From Octopus sinensis (Eukaryota), in NCBI RefSeq assembly GCF_006345805.1, contig NW_021828128.1, forward strand, positions 1 through 8,730: DNA of 8,730 bases. Reading direction: 5' to 3'. The notes beneath the pieces are model-generated. The model was not told the DNA's origin and made no database searches. It worked only from the letters and a program-made list of their open reading frames with translations. A program made the position numbers and the translations under genes. How positions within the stretch are numbered: the stretch's first letter is position 1; each line of letters begins with the position of its first letter. Shown here piece by piece: positions 7,871 through 8,730 of this stretch.

Positions 7871-7872
7871 TT
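7800..7872. repeat. (CTG/CAG)n trinucleotide tract with TTG/CTT interruptions
   Basis: Direct reading; produces the poly-Gln and poly-Cys ORFs in the track. Confidence 0.97.
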
Positions 7873-7889
7873 GGCTTTGTCTGTATGTG

Positions 7890-8730
7890 AGCCACTCCTG
7901 GTGGATTTTACAATAACATATTCTGTTTCTATCAGACGACATCACATAGCTTTGATCTTGTTACTTCAAGGAGTGTTCTAACTACTTTTACAATCTCGAA
8001 TCTCTTTGTGATCATTCGACCTGCATGAAATAACAACCAAATCTCTTTCAAATCCCATCTCACCGTCTTAGAAAGGAATACGCTGGATAATGTAGTCCTT
8101 AAGTTCTCTGAAAACATCGAGATGGTCGCGACTGGTTCACGTCCAAAATAGCTGACCTGGAGTTACAACTTAACACAACGTATTGTTTTTACATCAACCA
8201 ACCACTTCCATACAATATCACTTTCAGTGCCACAACTCCTCCCTAGTAATGTTATGCTTGGATCTTTTCGGTTTGAACGGCAGTTTTTTCTAGCGGTGTC
8301 ATATGAAATTGTCACCCATAATTATGACCCTAGTATCGATCTATTGCATTTCTATCTGTTTTAGGTTGTGTTAGGGGTGGGGGGAATGGTATCTTTTTTT
8401 CCTTCACAACGTAAATAAACCCATCTGTTTCTTAAACGAGGGATATTCATACGGCACAGAATGTTTTTTAACTCAATGGACGTCAGTGATTGGTTGAAAT
8501 TGCAGAAATTGAAGAAAAAAACAACAAATATCTTACAAACTATAGAATTTCTCAATAAAGCCAAGAGAAAAAATGTTTTAATACACATTCTACGTATTAC
8601 GAAGTTTAAAATTTTTTATCTTACCTAGAAATTATGTTAAAAACTGCCGTTTCAAACCGAAAAGATCCTTAGCTTACCACACCGCGACATAACACTACAC
8701 TATGACTCTACAATATCATAACTTCTGACA
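7890..8730 (+). mobile_element. Second decayed Penelope-like RT fragment (Penelope/Poseidon-like), interrupted by a MITE
   Basis: SFDLVTS (7948-7968; cf. SFDVTSLFT); IIRPA*NNNQIS; LDNVVLKFSENI; DG-ATGSRP/IADL (8121-8159; cf. DGVAMGSPL.P.IADL); YINQPLPYNITF (cf. FLNSLHPNIKF); after the MITE, LPHRDITLHYDSTIS (8674-8718; cf. LPFLDI). The catalytic YxDD region is not recognisable. Confidence 0.6.
8260..8668. mobile_element. 409-bp non-autonomous DNA transposon (MITE) with 29/30-bp terminal inverted repeats
   Basis: Left TIR GGATCTTTTCGGTTTGAACGGCAGTTTTT (8260-8288); right TIR AAAAACTGCCGTTTCAAACCGAAAAGATCC (8639-8668), identical apart from one indel. Flanks TTATGCTT (8252-8259) and TTAGCTT (8669-8675). 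No internal coding capacity. Confidence 0.93.

Noticed and set aside
7580-7945. Poly-Gln ORF (121 aa, minus) as a real protein
   Set aside because: Chimera of antisense Penelope remnant, CAG tract and SINE head; no coding support.
1-8730. CRISPR array, prokaryotic operon or defence system
   Set aside because: No repeat-spacer array, no dense intact ORFs; composition and repeats are those of an animal genome.

Overview
Eukaryotic, repeat-saturated intronic or intergenic DNA. It is most likely from an octopus, inferred from SINE and MITE sequences I recall as abundant octopus repeats and from the very high microsatellite density. No host protein-coding gene can be supported: the supplied ORFs are microsatellite translations or frameshifted retroelement remnants. 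Reading across frames gives a layered transposon graveyard. (1) A decayed Penelope-like element (RT with intact YIDD, Zn-knuckle linker, GIY-YIG remnant) at ~518-1570, with a probable 3' region ending in a degenerate hammerhead-ribozyme-like motif at ~2255-2290. (2) A CR1/L2-like RT fossil (-, ~3115-3660). (3) Two near-full-length tRNA-derived SINEs (-, ~3850-4258 and ~7370-7797), plus a SINE tail fragment and an older degraded SINE. (4) A Jockey/CR1-group LINE 3' end (-, ~5980-6650). (5) An RTE-clade LINE 3' end with a 12-bp target-site duplication (+, 6722-7139). (6) A second, different Penelope-like RT fossil (~7890-8730) interrupted by a 409-bp MITE with 29/30-bp TIRs. There are also many micro/minisatellites and a ~460-bp purine-rich, G4-prone tract. 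I see no convincing new biological system. The most interesting items are the candidate dead hammerhead, the GG-terminated MITE with a 7-8 bp TSD (possibly Merlin-like) nested in a Penelope RT, and one stretch of unexplained unique sequence (~4260-4920). All protein-motif assignments are by-eye comparisons to family consensus from memory, not database searches.
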